40,458 bases of DNA from an uncultured Candidatus Bathyarchaeia archaeon (GTDB taxonomy: Archaea; Thermoproteota; Bathyarchaeia; TCS64), in the NCBI GenBank assembly GCA_964537625.1, contig CAZIAF010000002.1, forward strand, positions 2,406-42,863. The letters run 5' to 3'. Every line of letters starts with the position of its first letter. The first letter of the stretch is position 1. The notes beneath the pieces were generated by a model. The model had not been told where the DNA came from. It made no database searches and worked only from the letters and a program-made list of their open reading frames with translations. This document shows, piece after piece, positions 9,786-19,187 of the stretch. The position numbers and the translations under genes were made by a program.

Positions 9786-9902
9786 CTAAGACTTTTCTTT
9801 AGACTTAACAGTTAGGATGTAGAAGAAACCGAGTCCTAGGCAAACCATTGCTAACACCCAAGAGAGATTCGTAAGAAGACCGAATACGGCGCTGGTATTC
9901 AT
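9786..9902 (-). CDS. Possible 38-aa single-TM micro-protein (unannotated in the gap between SWIM and RPA genes)
   Basis: ATG at 9902 gives MNTSAVFGLLTNLSWVLAMVCLGLGFFYILTVKSKEKS. This is a hydrophobic helix plus a basic tail, on the same strand as its flanking genes. There is no homology evidence. Confidence 0.2.
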   Translation of the reverse strand: MNTSAVFGLLTNLSWVLAMVCLGLGFFYILTVKSKEKS

Positions 9903-9936
9903 ACCGCGTAAAGGTGGTTGGTGAAGGTATATAGGT

Positions 9937-10350
9937 TTAATTCTCCTCGATGCGAATTTGAGCTCGCCACTCCGAGGTGAGGAGTCTATGAGCTTCGTCA
10001 TCCTCATCAACTTGATCGTAGCCATCAAGGGCTTCGGCGAGTCTCTGTCCGAGTAAGTGATAACATAGACCGGTTTCTCCGTCGACAACGCGGAAGAAAA
10101 AATCGTCACAGCCGCAGTAGCCCGCCTCCGGGTAGACCTGATACTCTCCACCCTGGCCGACAACGACCCAAACGACCCTCCCGGAGGGATGAAACGTATA
10201 ACGTTTGACACGCTGCTCTTGGACAAGCCTCCAAGCTCTGTCGAATCGATCTCTGAAGATTGTACGTAGGCGTTCCCAGTTAGTTCGGCTGAGCTGCTTC
10301 TCGGTGCGAGCCTCGTCTAGGACTCTCTCAAGGATCAGCCGCTCTTCCAT
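9937..10350 (-). CDS. SWIM zinc-finger domain protein
   Basis: CxC...CxH signature YCGCDDFFFRVVDGETGLCYHLL. I prefer ATG 10350 (MEERLILERV) over the GTG at 10392. Confidence 0.7.
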   Translation of the reverse strand: MEERLILERVLDEARTEKQLSRTNWERLRTIFRDRFDRAWRLVQEQRVKRYTFHPSGRVVWVVVGQGGEYQVYPEAGYCGCDDFFFRVVDGETGLCYHLLGQRLAEALDGYDQVDEDDEAHRLLTSEWRAQIRIEEN

Positions 10351-10465
10351 TACCAAGAAACTCACATTAGAGAAGCCCCTCCCTGTTTTCACAGTTGCGG
10401 AGAGAAATCGGTTTAAATCTGGAGTGAGAAGGTTGTTTGAAGCCTTGATCCGTTTGTTGACCCCG

Positions 10466-11284
10466 ATGCCTGCACTCCTAGCGGAGATCGGAGAGCGGAT
10501 ACTAATTGTTGCAGACCTACATATAGGCCTTGAATACGAGTTGAGCAGGGCAGGCGTAAATATTCCCTACCAAACGGAGAGGATTCAGTCAGAACTTCTT
10601 GCACTCATCAAAGAGCATAAACCCGACAGACTTGTGATCGCCGGAGATGTAAAACATAATGTTCCTGTCACTAGCTTCCAAGAGAAGCGAGAGCTCCCCA
10701 CCCTTTTCGAGGTTCTCTTGACGGAGGTTCCGAGAATAGATGTGACTAGGGGTAATCACGACGGCAACATCCAGAATCTCACCCCCCGAGGAGTGGAGAT
10801 ACATGGCTCGAAGGGTATCATCCTCGGCGACGACTACAAGGTAGCTATTTTTCATGGTCACTCCTGGCCAAGTCCCAGGGCTTTTGAGTCAAATCTAATG
10901 GTCGTCGGCCACAACCATCCTACAGTTCTTCTCAAGACCCCGCTCGGTATCAGAATGACGCAACGCGCCTGGGTGAAAGGAGTCACGGAGCCAGTGAAGC
11001 TGGCGAAAGCCTACCTTGAGCAAGACGAAGTAAAATATGAGGGAGACCCCGTTGCTGCTTTCAATTACCAGTACAAGGCGAAGATAGGAAAACCGGAGAT
11101 GATACTTGTGCCCACGTTCAATGACCTCCTCGGGGGCCTACCTGTTAACGGCGAGGCACCGCAGAGCCTCCTAGGTCCTATGCTTAGAAAGAATGCGATA
11201 AACACCGAAAACTTCGAGGTCTTCTTACTCGACGGCACCTATCTCGGCCAAGTCGGTTTCCTCAGGGAGCGGAACAGCTCCTAA
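10466..11284 (+). CDS. Calcineurin-like metallophosphoesterase (ICC/MJ0037-type, COG1407-like)
   Basis: Motifs LIVADLHIG, VIAGDVKHN, RGNHD, FHGH and GHNH. Start is ATG 10466, or GTG 10424. The ORF-track start at 10205 is antisense read-through of the SWIM gene. Confidence 0.8.
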   Translation: MPALLAEIGERILIVADLHIGLEYELSRAGVNIPYQTERIQSELLALIKEHKPDRLVIAGDVKHNVPVTSFQEKRELPTLFEVLLTEVPRIDVTRGNHDGNIQNLTPRGVEIHGSKGIILGDDYKVAIFHGHSWPSPRAFESNLMVVGHNHPTVLLKTPLGIRMTQRAWVKGVTEPVKLAKAYLEQDEVKYEGDPVAAFNYQYKAKIGKPEMILVPTFNDLLGGLPVNGEAPQSLLGPMLRKNAINTENFEVFLLDGTYLGQVGFLRERNSS

Positions 11285-12189
11285 AGATCCTTTACTACTT
11301 CATAGCAGAGATGGCACCGGTTAACATATTTCGATGTGTCCAAATTGCCAACCAATCCAGCGGGCCCTCGGTTTCTTAGAGTCCTAAAAACTTCCCGCTT
11401 CCAAGCGTCTGAGAGTAAATTCATAAACTCAGCGTCGTCTAGGGATCCTAAATGAAGCGCAGGTAGCGTAGCTGGGGCGGAGCAACAAGGTAATAGGTCT
11501 CCATTTGGTCGAACACCAAGGTCACTTAGTATAGAGTTGCATCCACCGAACTCAGGAGAATCGTCGTGTAACCAGTCCTCTTTCGGAATCTTGGCTCCTC
11601 TACCAATGGGTGTGAACCCTGACTCGATCCCTATAGCTGCATGGGGTGCGGTATCTAAAATACCTGGAGGCGGTATATTCTCCCCTAAGAGACGTGAGAT
11701 ACCCGCAAGTCTCAGGTTGCTCGACTTGCTAACAGAGGTCATGACTACCATCTTGACGCTGAGCTTTTTCCCAGCTACATAACAGTTCCTCACCCTTTCG
11801 AATGGTATATTAGTTTGATGGAAATCATCTGCGCTGAAATTAAGAACATCTAACCCTGCGTCTTGGAGTCGCCTCAGCGACCTTTCAGCATTAAGGGGTG
11901 AATCAGCCCAGAAGCAGTTGGTGACTAATTCTGTTTTCATTCCATTTTCCGAGGCGTAAGCGATGAGTTCCTCAATGAGGTTGGGAAATAGCATCGGTTC
12001 ACCACCCGTTAGGCTTATCCATTCAATTGAGCTTGTTCTAAGAGCTTTGTTTATGTAGTTTATAGCATCGCTTCTTTCCATAGTAGCGCCAATCTCCGAA
12101 TTACAATCGAACCAGCAATGGGCGCAGCTAGCAGTGCATCTCTCAGTCACGAGAAGACCGACTCTGAACGGAAGAGGATAGCTGAGCAC
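11281..12189 (-). CDS. Radical SAM protein with C-terminal SPASM/twitch-like Cys cluster
   Basis: CTASCAHC (CxxxCxxC) near the N-terminus and SLTGGEP. C-terminal Cys residues are GGC...PCC...RCHLC. The GTG start has GGTGA 5 nt upstream and lies 9 nt after the M28 stop. Confidence 0.85.
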   Translation of the reverse strand: MLSYPLPFRVGLLVTERCTASCAHCWFDCNSEIGATMERSDAINYINKALRTSSIEWISLTGGEPMLFPNLIEELIAYASENGMKTELVTNCFWADSPLNAERSLRRLQDAGLDVLNFSADDFHQTNIPFERVRNCYVAGKKLSVKMVVMTSVSKSSNLRLAGISRLLGENIPPPGILDTAPHAAIGIESGFTPIGRGAKIPKEDWLHDDSPEFGGCNSILSDLGVRPNGDLLPCCSAPATLPALHLGSLDDAEFMNLLSDAWKREVFRTLRNRGPAGLVGNLDTSKYVNRCHLCYEVVKDL

Positions 12190-12198
12190 GAATTCACC

Positions 12199-13998
12199 CT
12201 AAGAGGTCAGTGTTTCCAGTGTCGCCCTAATAAGAGCATTCGCCTGATAGAAGCCGTCCATAACTAAATTTCTCTCTCTAACCAGTTTTGTATAAAGGAA
12301 TTTGAATTCTGGTGATTGATGGAGAGTCATCTGGGAAAGGTCTACAATTTGGCTGATCCGGGGAAAAGGTTGAGCGCCAAAGGTCTCCATGGATACCTGG
12401 CCGGCAATATCAGCGTCACTATGGGCAATCGGGTTGATGTATCGCCCAACCCAAATTAGACAGTCATTCAGCCTCTTCTCCTTCACGGTATCCCTCTCCT
12501 TAGCAACCTTCTTAGCCGAGGTTTCGAGCTTCTCAGATAACAAACGGAACCCTTTAACCTCCTCAATGAGATCGTAAATGTTGTAATACCCCCGGATCTT
12601 CTCGGATTTTATTTGCATATCCTCTAAAATCGTGACCATTCTATCTGCGTATTTGATGTAGTTGTAGGGGATCACCGGGCAATTAGCGAGTCGCCAGATA
12701 AGATTGAGTTCTATCTTGACGTCGGTTGCGAGGATGTTGACATCCATCTTGTCATGGGTCTCGTAGGGAGTGTGCCACCACCAACCCCCGCCTGAGTAAT
12801 TGACATGAGGGTCATAAGTCTCCTTGGGACGGCTTGTTGTAACAGCGATATGAGGGAGACCGGTTCCCCAGAAACTGCCATCCCCAGCACGGGTTGGCCA
12901 CCGGTAATGCTCTATAGAGATACCGGTTGCCTCCTTTACACTCTCAAGTATTGCGTCTAATAACTCGCTGTAGGGAGCCTCACGGACCGTTGTTGCACCA
13001 TTGACGCCTGGTGAGTCGATATTGAAGCTGGCGATGCAATTGTATCGAAGTTCTCGCCAGTATGCATCATTATACCAGGTTGAGCCAGCGTACTTCCCTA
13101 TCTCATGTCCGGTCCAATACGCGATTCTGACACTCCGACGGAGTCTATCCTTGTGCTTGTTGAGGATGCGGGCAACCTCAAGGATAGCGGTGTCACCGCT
13201 GATATTATCAGTGGCTCCTTGACTGAAGGGGGGCGTGTCGACGTGGCCGTTGACGAGAATGAACTTGTCTGGTTCCTTCACGCCCTTGATCTCGGCAACG
13301 AGGAGTGGGAGGGTTTTCCACTTAGTTTCAGCGACGGAGACAAGGTGTGCCCTCATCCTACTCGTCTGAGCTATTTTCCGAAGCTTCGCCCCGTCTCTAT
13401 TGGAGACATGGAGGATGGCAGGTATAGTGGGTATGAGGTGGAGGTTGTCCGTTGTTGGGTTGCCTGAGACCGAGAAGTCGGCTCTCTGGTGGCAGACCGT
13501 CGGCACGTAGTCGTCCTGTTCGATTACGATGAGGCCCGCAACGCCCATCTCCTGTAGCTTCCGAAGCAGCTCCCCTTGGATACCCATCCAATCGCCACTA
13601 GTCTTTTGTTCACAGAGCACTATCTTACCATAGCATTCTTGGTAGCCAATCATTTCGGGGGGAACGTAAATAACATCAGCATCGAAGCCATCGGATGTTG
13701 TCGAGCCAGCCTGTCTGTAAGGGGTGGTTTGAATCTCCATCCGCAGTGGGGCTGTGATGATGATTTGAGCGGTCTTCGGGTCTGTGATATACGCTTCATA
13801 ACGGATCACTTTCGGTTGCAAGCCATACCCTTCTAGCTTCCGCTTCAAGAACTGAATGGCCTCCTCCTCCTCGGAACTCCCTGAGTGAAGAGGCGGATAG
13901 GCCATAAGCTCGTTAAAGTTCCTCTGCATCAACTCCGTAGAAACCTCGGCCTCTAAAGTCCTCAGAAGTTCCCTATCTTCATCGGGTAGAAGAATCAT
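12199..13998 (-). CDS. M28-family metallopeptidase with PA domain and transferrin-receptor-like C-terminal domain (M28B, glutamate carboxypeptidase II-like)
   Basis: Motifs NGHVDT, DNISGDTAILEVARIL and WTGHE. A PA-like insert and a helical C-terminal domain are present. Start is ATG 13998 (MILLPDEDRE); the longer ORF-track start runs through tRNA-Pro. Confidence 0.8.
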   Translation of the reverse strand: MILLPDEDRELLRTLEAEVSTELMQRNFNELMAYPPLHSGSSEEEEAIQFLKRKLEGYGLQPKVIRYEAYITDPKTAQIIITAPLRMEIQTTPYRQAGSTTSDGFDADVIYVPPEMIGYQECYGKIVLCEQKTSGDWMGIQGELLRKLQEMGVAGLIVIEQDDYVPTVCHQRADFSVSGNPTTDNLHLIPTIPAILHVSNRDGAKLRKIAQTSRMRAHLVSVAETKWKTLPLLVAEIKGVKEPDKFILVNGHVDTPPFSQGATDNISGDTAILEVARILNKHKDRLRRSVRIAYWTGHEIGKYAGSTWYNDAYWRELRYNCIASFNIDSPGVNGATTVREAPYSELLDAILESVKEATGISIEHYRWPTRAGDGSFWGTGLPHIAVTTSRPKETYDPHVNYSGGGWWWHTPYETHDKMDVNILATDVKIELNLIWRLANCPVIPYNYIKYADRMVTILEDMQIKSEKIRGYYNIYDLIEEVKGFRLLSEKLETSAKKVAKERDTVKEKRLNDCLIWVGRYINPIAHSDADIAGQVSMETFGAQPFPRISQIVDLSQMTLHQSPEFKFLYTKLVRERNLVMDGFYQANALIRATLETLTS

Positions 13999-14077
13999 AA
14001 CTATCAGGTTATGGGACGATTTAAAGCAGGTATAACACTTGCGCGATTTAAGAAAAATTAAATTCAGAAGTTTAAGG

Positions 14078-14154
14078 TGGTGGGATCGTCCGGATTTGAA
14101 CCGGAGGCCACGCGGTCCCGAACCGCGTATCATACCAAGCTAGACTACGATCCC
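14078..14154 (-). tRNA. tRNA-Pro (anticodon CGG), 3' CCA encoded
   Basis: The reverse complement folds as a cloverleaf. It has acceptor GGGATCG/CGATCCC, anticodon stem CGCGG/CCGCG with loop TTCGGGA, and T-arm GGTTCAAATCC. It ends ACCA. Confidence 0.9.
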
Positions 14155-14203
14155 GGAGTCGTAAGAAGCGGGGGACGGCTAGACTTAAAAATGATGTGGG
14201 GAG

Positions 14204-15259
14204 CTACGCCTCTGTGATTGCGTCCTTAACAGTCATGTTTAGGACCGTCTCAGCGATATCTGAGCCATACTCGGAGGTCCGCATGATGCTCTCGACGATA
14301 AGCCTCAACTGTGGTACGTCCTCGACGGGAGCTAACTTCACTATTTTATGGATGACCTCGTCCTCCATACCTCTTGTCTCCTCAGCAGCTTCCATAACCT
14401 TGTCCGCTTCCGTGTAATCCTCTTCGAAGAGCGCCTCCATCGCAGCCTCGAAGACTCTTAGAGCTGACTCGCTAATCCCGTTGAGCTCTTTAAGAATCTC
14501 GTCGTTGATGGGAACGAGATGTAGTGCAAGCCTGTTCTGAGCGATATTGACGGCGTGGTCGGCCATACGTTCAACCGACTTGGTAATAAGTCTGTAACCG
14601 AGACATTGCCGGGGTGTTGCAATACCACTTTCCCTTAAAACATAAGCGTCCATAACAGCTACTTTTAGCAACCGGATTACATAGAAGCCGAATCTATCGA
14701 CCTCATCGTCCATCCCTATGATCTCTTTGGCCAAGCGTGGGTTATCAATGTTTAAAGTTTGAACAGCATCCCGGTGCATCGAGGCGGCGATTATTGACAT
14801 CCTTCGCAAGGCATCCTTTACCGAGAGTTCTGCATAGCTAAGAAGGATCTGAAGCGTGAGGTCATTAGGCAGGTCACTAAGTATTTCGGTACCGACAAAC
14901 TTTTTCCTAACAAAGTCTTTGATGGCCAGCCTGATGTTGGAGTCGAGCCTCTTCTGGGTGCTCCGCAGTTGGATGATGTTATAACCAATTAAGTACGAGC
15001 TGACTAGGCGGCGTACAACGCTATCCGGTGTGTCTTCATCTGTGACCGTGATGATCACCTTTTTCGTCTTATCTGTCTGCACTGCAAGTTTTGGTTGGAT
15101 GTGTAGGCTGAGGTCGTCTCCTTGTATTATGCTTACGAGGCTCCCCCGTTTGAGCCCAATCTGATCCACCCAGGTCTTTGGGAGGGAGATGATATAGGTC
15201 GAACCACCTGTGACCTGTATCTTCCTAAGCTCCTCGGATTCAGTCTTCTTTGTCATCAT
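14204..15259 (-). CDS. PhoU-family regulator with N-terminal AbrB/SpoVT DNA-binding domain
   Basis: The N-terminus RKIQVTGGSTYIISLPKTWVDQIGLKRGSLV is AbrB-like. It is followed by two helical PhoU-like repeats (DDEVDRF...). Confidence 0.75.
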   Translation of the reverse strand: MMTKKTESEELRKIQVTGGSTYIISLPKTWVDQIGLKRGSLVSIIQGDDLSLHIQPKLAVQTDKTKKVIITVTDEDTPDSVVRRLVSSYLIGYNIIQLRSTQKRLDSNIRLAIKDFVRKKFVGTEILSDLPNDLTLQILLSYAELSVKDALRRMSIIAASMHRDAVQTLNIDNPRLAKEIIGMDDEVDRFGFYVIRLLKVAVMDAYVLRESGIATPRQCLGYRLITKSVERMADHAVNIAQNRLALHLVPINDEILKELNGISESALRVFEAAMEALFEEDYTEADKVMEAAEETRGMEDEVIHKIVKLAPVEDVPQLRLIVESIMRTSEYGSDIAETVLNMTVKDAITEA

Positions 15260-15487
15260 ACAACCTCTGTTGTTTTGAATTAAAAAATATATTGTTGGGG
15301 TTATTTTACCTGATCTAAATAGAAGTTATGGATTATATAGATTATCATTAACAGGTATGGTAAATAAGGGTTTTTTCGATTAGGGTGACCTATCTACTGT
15401 CTTCAAATAGAGTGTTGCGGTTTTAGAGCTCGCTTAAAAGTTAACTCTATTCTTACATATTTTTATACCATCAATTCGATTCTCTCA

Positions 15488-16045
15488 ATGAAAAGCATGA
15501 AGGAAGGTACATTCATACGTACATTCAGCACTAGGGACGACCGGACAGTTATACTTCGAGTGCTTAAATGGAGTGACCTAGATGATTTCCTCCAATTCAT
15601 TAATAGTCTTGTCGATGAAGGTGCCGACATCCTTGTCAACACCAAGAAGACGAGGGAAGAAGAGATAGATTTCGTTAGCCGTATCCTCTCCAGCGTCGAA
15701 AAAGATAGAATGGTCAGCGTCGTAGCTGAGGTTGATGGCAGGCTCATAGGTCATGTTGAAGTCGTTAAGAAGCAGGGATATTCGAGCCATGTAGGCATTC
15801 TTGGAATATCTATCATCCAGGGTTACAGGGGCACCGGTATCGGCCAAGAACTTATGCTTGAAGCTGAAGCACAAGCTAAAAGGCTTGGAGTAGAATTGAT
15901 CGAACTAGATGTCTACGAAAGGAACAAATGCGCTATCCACGTCTATAAAAAAACCGGATACAAAATCATAGGCAAGATTTCGAAAGACATCAAACGCGAA
16001 GATAGGTATCTTGATACCTTAATCATGGTAAAAGAGCTCCAATAG
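15488..16045 (+). CDS. GNAT-family N-acetyltransferase
   Basis: Acetyl-CoA motif IQGYRGTGIGQELM and the tail AIHVYKKTGYKIIG. Confidence 0.85.
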   Translation: MKSMKEGTFIRTFSTRDDRTVILRVLKWSDLDDFLQFINSLVDEGADILVNTKKTREEEIDFVSRILSSVEKDRMVSVVAEVDGRLIGHVEVVKKQGYSSHVGILGISIIQGYRGTGIGQELMLEAEAQAKRLGVELIELDVYERNKCAIHVYKKTGYKIIGKISKDIKREDRYLDTLIMVKELQ

Positions 16046-16224
16046 TTAACAATCTTTTTAACAAAGACCGAATCATAGCTCAGTGGGGACAGGAATGGTT
16101 GTGCATCAACTGGACTGGATTTCAGATTAACAGACAGTGTAAACTTCCTAAACCCTAGAAACCTTCTAAACCGAGTAGGTAACACGGTTACCCCATATAA
16201 TATACTCGGTGGGAGGCAGAAGAA

Positions 16225-17355
16225 TTGAGTACAGACAAAAATAACGGTAACATGGTTGTCACGCCATGGGAAGTCTCGGGTGAGATCGACTACGATAAGC
16301 TGATCGAGCGATTTGGCACTCAACGTCTCACCAAGGAACTCAAAGAGCGGATCGCCAAACAGGCGGGGTTTATGCACGTGCAACTCCGCAGGGACATTTT
16401 CTTCAGCCACAGGGACCTAGACTGGTGGCTGAACGAGTACGACGCAGGCCACCCTGTCGGCCTCTATACGGGCCGAGGTCCCTCTGGCCACGTCCACCTC
16501 GGCCACCTACTACCCTGGTTCTTTTGTAAGTATTTACAGGATGCCTATGGCGCCCACCTTTACTTCCAGATGACTGACGACGAAAAGTTCCTCCTTAGAG
16601 ATGACTTGACGCTGGAGGAAACTATTGGCTATTCATACGATAACGCTCTCGACGTTATCGCCTGCGGCTTAAATCCAGATCGGACCCACATCTTCAGTGA
16701 TACAGAGCACATCAGCCACATCTACAAGTTGGGACTTAAGGTGTCGAAGAGGATCACTTTCAGCACAGTAAAAGCAGTCTTCGGTTTCAACGACTCAGAT
16801 AACATTGGATTAACATGGTATCCTGCGCTCCAAGCAATGACGTGTTTCCTCCAGAGTTACAGAGAGGGGAGGAACGTCGGCTGTTTGATACCTGCCGCGA
16901 TTGACCAAGATAACTATTGGCGTATGACCCGCGACATAGCGGAGAAGATGGGGTACAACAAGCCAACGCAGATCCATAACAAATTCCTCCCTGGTCTCGC
17001 TCAAGGAGGTAAGATGAGCGCCAGCCAACCTGAGACGGCAATTTTCACCACTGACAAACCAGAAGTAGCGGCTAAGAAGGTTGTTTCTGCCTTTACAGGT
17101 GGCAGAGAGACCGTGAAGCTTCAAAAGGAGCTAGGGGGGCGCCCTGAGATCTGCAACATCTACGCTTATTACTACTATCTCTTCGAGGAAGACGATGTAA
17201 AACTAAATGACATTGAGAGGGAGTGCCAGAACGGCTCCATTATGTGTGGTAACTGTAAGGTTCGCTTGGCTAAAAGGGTGAAGGAGTTTCTTGTCGATTT
17301 CCAAGCGAAGCGTGAGAAGGCGAGAGACCAGCTCGATGACTTTCTCCTAAAGTAG
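16225..17355 (+). CDS. trpS: Tryptophan--tRNA ligase (archaeal/eukaryotic type)
   Basis: VTPWEVSGEIDYDKLIERFG, TGRGPSGHVHLGH (HIGH) and KMSAS (KMSKS). The TTG start has GGAGG 8 nt upstream. An alternative ATG is at 16252. Confidence 0.92.
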   Translation: MSTDKNNGNMVVTPWEVSGEIDYDKLIERFGTQRLTKELKERIAKQAGFMHVQLRRDIFFSHRDLDWWLNEYDAGHPVGLYTGRGPSGHVHLGHLLPWFFCKYLQDAYGAHLYFQMTDDEKFLLRDDLTLEETIGYSYDNALDVIACGLNPDRTHIFSDTEHISHIYKLGLKVSKRITFSTVKAVFGFNDSDNIGLTWYPALQAMTCFLQSYREGRNVGCLIPAAIDQDNYWRMTRDIAEKMGYNKPTQIHNKFLPGLAQGGKMSASQPETAIFTTDKPEVAAKKVVSAFTGGRETVKLQKELGGRPEICNIYAYYYYLFEEDDVKLNDIERECQNGSIMCGNCKVRLAKRVKEFLVDFQAKREKARDQLDDFLLK

Positions 17356-17359
17356 CATC

Positions 17360-17365
17360 TTTTTT
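17360..17365 (+). terminator. Oligo-T tract after trpS
   Basis: TAGCATC is followed by TTTTTT. Confidence 0.35.
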
Positions 17366-17402
17366 GTAAAAGCATAAAACTCTCACCCCGAATTATTTCA
17401 CC

Positions 17403-18938
17403 ATGAGTTCTCAGTTTCAAAAGAAGTATGAAACGCTTCTTACGAGGGTGAAGGAGCTTACGATCCTCCAATCCGCAACTGCCATCGTTCAGTGGGATAT
17501 GGAAACCAAGATGCCGCCGAGGGGCTTAAACCTCCGAAGCCAACAGCTCGCCCTCCTCGAGCTGATGGGTCACAAGATGATAACGGATCCCCAGACAGGG
17601 AAGCTGCTAGAGGACATTGAGAAAGCTCCCGAATTTAATGGCTTAACCTCACCTCATAAGAGGAATGTCCATCTCGTGAGAAGGGCTTTCGACGAGGCTA
17701 CAAAGCTTCCAGAGGATCTTGTCTTCGAAACAGCGAAGCAGCAAACTATCGGTGTCGGAGTTTGGAAGAAGGCTAAGGCTGCCAAGGATTATAACATGTT
17801 TAAACCGGAGCTGAATAAGATGATTGAGCTCCGCCAAAGGGCAGCGGATATTCTCATGAAAGTAAAGGGTGTAAAGACGCCGTATGACGCGCTCATTGAC
17901 GGATTTGAGCCCAACATGACTACGGAAATGATCACCGCAGTTTTCGATGAGATGAGGGTGGGTCTAATAGGGATTTTGAAGAAGGTGAATAATTCGGGAG
18001 TCAAGCCAGACACATCGATCCTGTCGCGTCTTGTCCCTATCGAAACCCAACGCCGGATCAGCGAGGCTGCTTTGGAGTTCATTGGCTATGATACCAAGAG
18101 CGCCAATGCCGGCGGCCGCCTTGACGAGACCGAACATCCTTTTTCCACCGGTTACTACGACGACGTTCGTATCACGACTCATTACCATGAGGACAGGTGG
18201 GTTTCGAGCCTCTACAGCGTTCTCCATGAAGGTGGTCACGCACTCTATGAGCAAAACTGCCCCCGCGAGTACATGTACCAACCAATAGGCAGCGCCGCAA
18301 GCTTCGGTATCCATGAAAGCCAGAGTCGTTTCGTCGAGAACATGGTGGGGAAAAGCCCAGAGTTCCTCGCCTATATGCTACCTCGACTCAAAAAAATTAT
18401 AGGGAATCCACTGAGGGGAGTCAAATTACGGGACTTTATTCTCGCAGTCAACGAGGTTATCCCATCAAAGATCAGGATCGAAGCCGATGAGGTTACCTAT
18501 GGCCTCCACATAATCATTCGTTTCGAGATGGAGAGAGATATTTTTTCGGGTAAACTAACAGTAGACGATCTACCGCAAGTCTGGAATGAGAAGTACAACA
18601 AGTACCTAGGTTTAGAGATCGAGAACGACTCCGAAGGGGTCATGCAGGATACCCACTGGGCGAACGGTCTCCAAGGATACTTCCCCAGTTACGCTCTTGG
18701 TAACATCTACGGAGGCATGTTCCTAAATAAGCTCAAGAAGGACATCCCCGAGTGGAGGAAAGAACTCAAGAAGGGCAACATTAAACCTGCGATGACCTGG
18801 ATGAAGGAGAATATACAAAGTAAGGGAGCCCTCTACGACCCAGCTGACCTCATCAAGGATATTATGGGAACAAAGCTGACGGTAAAACCCTTTATCAACT
18901 ACCTAGAAAAAAAATACGAAAAGATTTATCGCCTTTAA
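17403..18938 (+). CDS. M32 carboxypeptidase (Taq-type metallocarboxypeptidase)
   Basis: HEGGHALYE (HExxH), HESQSRFVEN and IRIEADEVTYGLHIIIRFE. The 511-aa length fits the family. Confidence 0.9.
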   Translation: MSSQFQKKYETLLTRVKELTILQSATAIVQWDMETKMPPRGLNLRSQQLALLELMGHKMITDPQTGKLLEDIEKAPEFNGLTSPHKRNVHLVRRAFDEATKLPEDLVFETAKQQTIGVGVWKKAKAAKDYNMFKPELNKMIELRQRAADILMKVKGVKTPYDALIDGFEPNMTTEMITAVFDEMRVGLIGILKKVNNSGVKPDTSILSRLVPIETQRRISEAALEFIGYDTKSANAGGRLDETEHPFSTGYYDDVRITTHYHEDRWVSSLYSVLHEGGHALYEQNCPREYMYQPIGSAASFGIHESQSRFVENMVGKSPEFLAYMLPRLKKIIGNPLRGVKLRDFILAVNEVIPSKIRIEADEVTYGLHIIIRFEMERDIFSGKLTVDDLPQVWNEKYNKYLGLEIENDSEGVMQDTHWANGLQGYFPSYALGNIYGGMFLNKLKKDIPEWRKELKKGNIKPAMTWMKENIQSKGALYDPADLIKDIMGTKLTVKPFINYLEKKYEKIYRL

Positions 18939-19187
18939 GCTATCTCAACCATCTCAGTTAACTAGATTTTTCCTTCATACATCCGCGCGCGCATCTAAGC
19001 CCTTCATCTTATGGATAGCAGCAGATCATCATTAGGAGCAATACAAGATAATCTGACTCCTTCAAGAGCCCTGAAAACAATTCAATTTAAAAATATTAAC
19101 AGATAAGGTTTGTTTATGCTTAAATAAGCGTTTTAATGTATCTTTTCGAGGACTTCATAAGCAACCGCAGACCCAAATCGCATAGCC

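Noticed and set aside
10205-10465. 87-aa N-terminal extension of the metallophosphoesterase ORF
   Set aside because: It is antisense to the SWIM gene and Ser/Arg-rich. The conserved phosphoesterase core begins just after ATG 10466.
13999-14133. N-terminal 45-aa extension of the M28 peptidase ORF
   Set aside because: The extension is read through the tRNA-Pro gene (14078-14154). The internal ATG at 13998 gives a sensible N-terminus.
15420-15430. GTTTTAGAGCT, identical to the start of the Streptococcus Cas9 CRISPR repeat
   Set aside because: It is a single copy with no repeat-spacer periodicity and no cas genes, so it is coincidental.
16076-16089. tRNA-like D-arm sequence TAGCTCAGTGGGGA in the GNAT/trpS spacer
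   Set aside because: I could not build an acceptor stem, an anticodon arm or a T-arm (GTTCRANYC) around it, so it is not a tRNA gene.
18939-19187. 249-nt spacer upstream of taw1 as an ncRNA locus
   Set aside because: It holds only short palindromes (GCTTAAATAAGC) and CCTTCAT direct repeats. I could not support a stable extended structure or box motifs.
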